NCBI GenBank assembly: GCA_037445955.1
Contig: JBBIJM010000007.1
Span: forward strand, 1-49,212
Source of the DNA: Syntrophobacterales bacterium
Lineage (GTDB): Bacteria > Desulfobacterota > Syntrophia > Syntrophales > CAMTWB01
Length of the DNA: 49,212 nt
Reading direction: 5' to 3'
The notes below the pieces were generated by a model. It saw nothing but the letters and a program-made list of their open reading frames with translations, did not search any database and was not told the DNA's origin. Shown here in pieces: positions 47,406-49,212 of this stretch; position 1 is the stretch's first letter, and each line of letters opens with the position of its first letter. Both the position numbers and the translations under genes were made by a program.

Positions 47406-48251
47406 CTAACAAAGGGAGCGAGCGACATGCACTGTCCGGCCGGCCCAACCGCTTCCCAGGAGGGCTTTTGAGGCCAGGCGGGCCTTTCCCTCGTCCTCAA
47501 AAAGCCCGAATACCGTGGGCCCGCTTCCGGACATCAGGGCCCCTTCGGCGCCCTCCCTAAGCAGGCCTTGTTTAATTTCCCCGATCTCCCGATGGCGGCC
47601 GGCGGTGACCTCTTCCAGATCGTTTTGCAGCAAGGTCAGCCAATCCCCCCTCTGAGCGGTGCGAATCCTATAATTTATGTTTTTTTTTGTCAATCCTAAA
47701 TTCAGGTTTTCATAGACCTCTTTGGTAGAGACGGAAAAACCGGGATTAACCAGAACAAACCAGAAGGATGGGACATGTTGGGCCTCGGTAAGGATATCGC
47801 CGATACCTTCGGCCCAGGCGGTCTTTTCGAAGATAAAGAAAGGGACATCGGCTCCGAGCCCCGAGGCCAGTCTCATCAACCGTTCCTTACCGAGGCAAAA
47901 ATCGAACATTTCGTCTAAAGCGACCAGGGTGCAGGCCGCATTCGAACTGCCGCCGCCCAGGCCGGCGGCAACGGGGATATTTTTTTCTATCCCGATCTCG
48001 ACGCCCCCCCGATAACCGGTTGCGTGAAACAGTTTCTCCACGGAGCGATAGACAATATTTTCCTTCCCCAGGGGGATCTTATCCTCATCGCCCCGGATCA
48101 CGATCCCCGTAGGAAGTGGCCGGAAGGTCAACTCGTCAAAGAGGCTGATCCTCTGGAGCAGGGTTTTAAGATCATGATACCCATCCGGGCGCTTCCTGAG
48201 CACCGACAGGTGAAGATTGACCTTTGCCGGGGATAATCTCTTGAGGGTCAT
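47406..48251 (-). CDS. ispE: 4-diphosphocytidyl-2-C-methyl-D-erythritol kinase
   Basis: PAKVNL, DGYH, IPVAAGLGGGSSNAA, GADVPFF and MSGSG. Confidence 0.97.
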   Translation of the reverse strand: MTLKRLSPAKVNLHLSVLRKRPDGYHDLKTLLQRISLFDELTFRPLPTGIVIRGDEDKIPLGKENIVYRSVEKLFHATGYRGGVEIGIEKNIPVAAGLGGGSSNAACTLVALDEMFDFCLGKERLMRLASGLGADVPFFIFEKTAWAEGIGDILTEAQHVPSFWFVLVNPGFSVSTKEVYENLNLGLTKKNINYRIRTAQRGDWLTLLQNDLEEVTAGRHREIGEIKQGLLREGAEGALMSGSGPTVFGLFEDEGKARLASKALLGSGWAGRTVHVARSLC

Positions 48252-48670
48252 TATCCCTTCTCTCGGACGTACCTCACCCGCAATTCATAAAGGATGCCAT
48301 CTAACAGCCTGTTCTCATAGTCTTCGAGGTTTCCTTTCGTCTTTTCCTTAAGCATACTCAAAATATCTATCGTATGCTTGGCGGCGGGGAGGTTTTTCTC
48401 CGTCCTGTTCGTCTGCGGATCCGGGAAGTCGCCGAAATGAAACATCGCGGTAGTACTGAGGGACAGGACGAAGTTGTAGAAATTTACCTCGGTTAAGAAA
48501 TCATCCCTCCCTGTCTCCTCCGCTGGCCCTTCGGTCTGATTCCTCTCATCTGCCTCAGGGGAAGGTTTCCGGGGTTCGGTCTCTTTCATCTCCTCGGGGC
48601 GCGCCTCTCCCCCCTCCTCGAACAACCGCTTATCTTTCACCACAAATCCCCTTTGTTTCTTCTCCTCCAT
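48251..48670 (-). CDS. DUF1844-family protein
   Basis: F..FVLSL, NLPAAKHTIDILSMLKEKTKGNL..E..LL...LYELR. Confidence 0.85.
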   Translation of the reverse strand: MEEKKQRGFVVKDKRLFEEGGEARPEEMKETEPRKPSPEADERNQTEGPAEETGRDDFLTEVNFYNFVLSLSTTAMFHFGDFPDPQTNRTEKNLPAAKHTIDILSMLKEKTKGNLEDYENRLLDGILYELRVRYVREKG

Positions 48671-48718
48671 CGTGCCTCCTGGCCTCCTGGGCCCTGCTTT
48701 GGAATCTCAAGATTCAAG

Positions 48719-49212
48719 TCATATTACCCTTATCCTTCTCAACCGGGCAACCCTTTCCTCAACCGGGGGATGAGTAGAGAAGAGGGTTCGTAAAGATCCG
48801 CCGAGCAAGGGATTGATTATGAACATATGGGCTGTTGCGGGCTTGGCCGCCATCGGCACCGCTTGGGCCGCCCGGGATATCTTTTCCAGGGCCGAGGCCA
48901 ATCCGTAAGGGTTTCTGGAATATCTGGCGCCGGACTCATCGGCCAGATACTCTCGAGACCTGGAGACGGCCATCTGAATGACCGTTGCCGCGAGCGGGGC
49001 GAGGATGGCCATCAGGATCAAGCCGAGGAATCCCCCTCCCCCCTCTTCTTCATTATCGCCCCGGCCGGCCCCGAAAATAGCCGCCCACTGGGCCATATTG
49101 GCGATCATTACGATAGCGCCGGCCAGGGTCGCGGCAATCGACCCGATAAGCATATCTTTGTTCTTTATATGGGCAAGTTCGTGGGCGATGACCCCCTCCA
49201 GTTCCTCCCGGT
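48719..49212 (-). CDS. htpX: HtpX zinc metalloprotease (5' truncated by window edge)
   Basis: In-frame [10 protein letters not shown] (HExxH) upstream of the listed ORF; SRSREYLAD and LFSTHPP. Confidence 0.95.
   Translation of the reverse strand, partial: REELEGVIAHELAHIKNKDMLIGSIAATLAGAIVMIANMAQWAAIFGAGRGDNEEEGGGGFLGLILMAILAPLAATVIQMAVSRSREYLADESGARYSRNPYGLASALEKISRAAQAVPMAAKPATAHMFIINPLLGGSLRTLFSTHPPVEERVARLRRIRVI

Overview
Bacterial chromosomal window, most consistent with an anaerobic Desulfobacterota/Syntrophales-like organism (inference from gene content). There are three housekeeping blocks: xseAB-ispA-dxs-tlyA-ispH/UbiA-lipoprotein-nfuA-ferredoxin-tmk-holB-PSP1-metG; mscS-fbp-methyltransferase-aldolase on the minus strand; and glyQS facing htpX-DUF1844-ispE-tRNA-Gln-prs-pth-hppA. 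These flank two accessory regions. Region 1 (16.4-23.5 kb) holds a MITE-like element, a GNAT/Fem-like + TraB/GumN + GNAT/Fem-like triad, a heptaheme cytochrome c/cytochrome b (CbcA/CbcB-like) locus split by a one-base frameshift, tRNA-Thr, uppP and a ThiS/ThiF pair. Region 2 (23.6-39.7 kb, after tRNA-Arg) is a sigma54-driven multimeric [FeFe]-hydrogenase locus. Its HydB subunit is fused to a GltD/NfnB-like domain. The locus also carries a CBS-Ser/Thr kinase, two DRTGG proteins, a PHP phosphoesterase, an orphan HATPase, two two-component modules and hydG. No CRISPR array, rRNA, integrase or transposase was seen. All calls come from motif reading by eye; no database searches were run.
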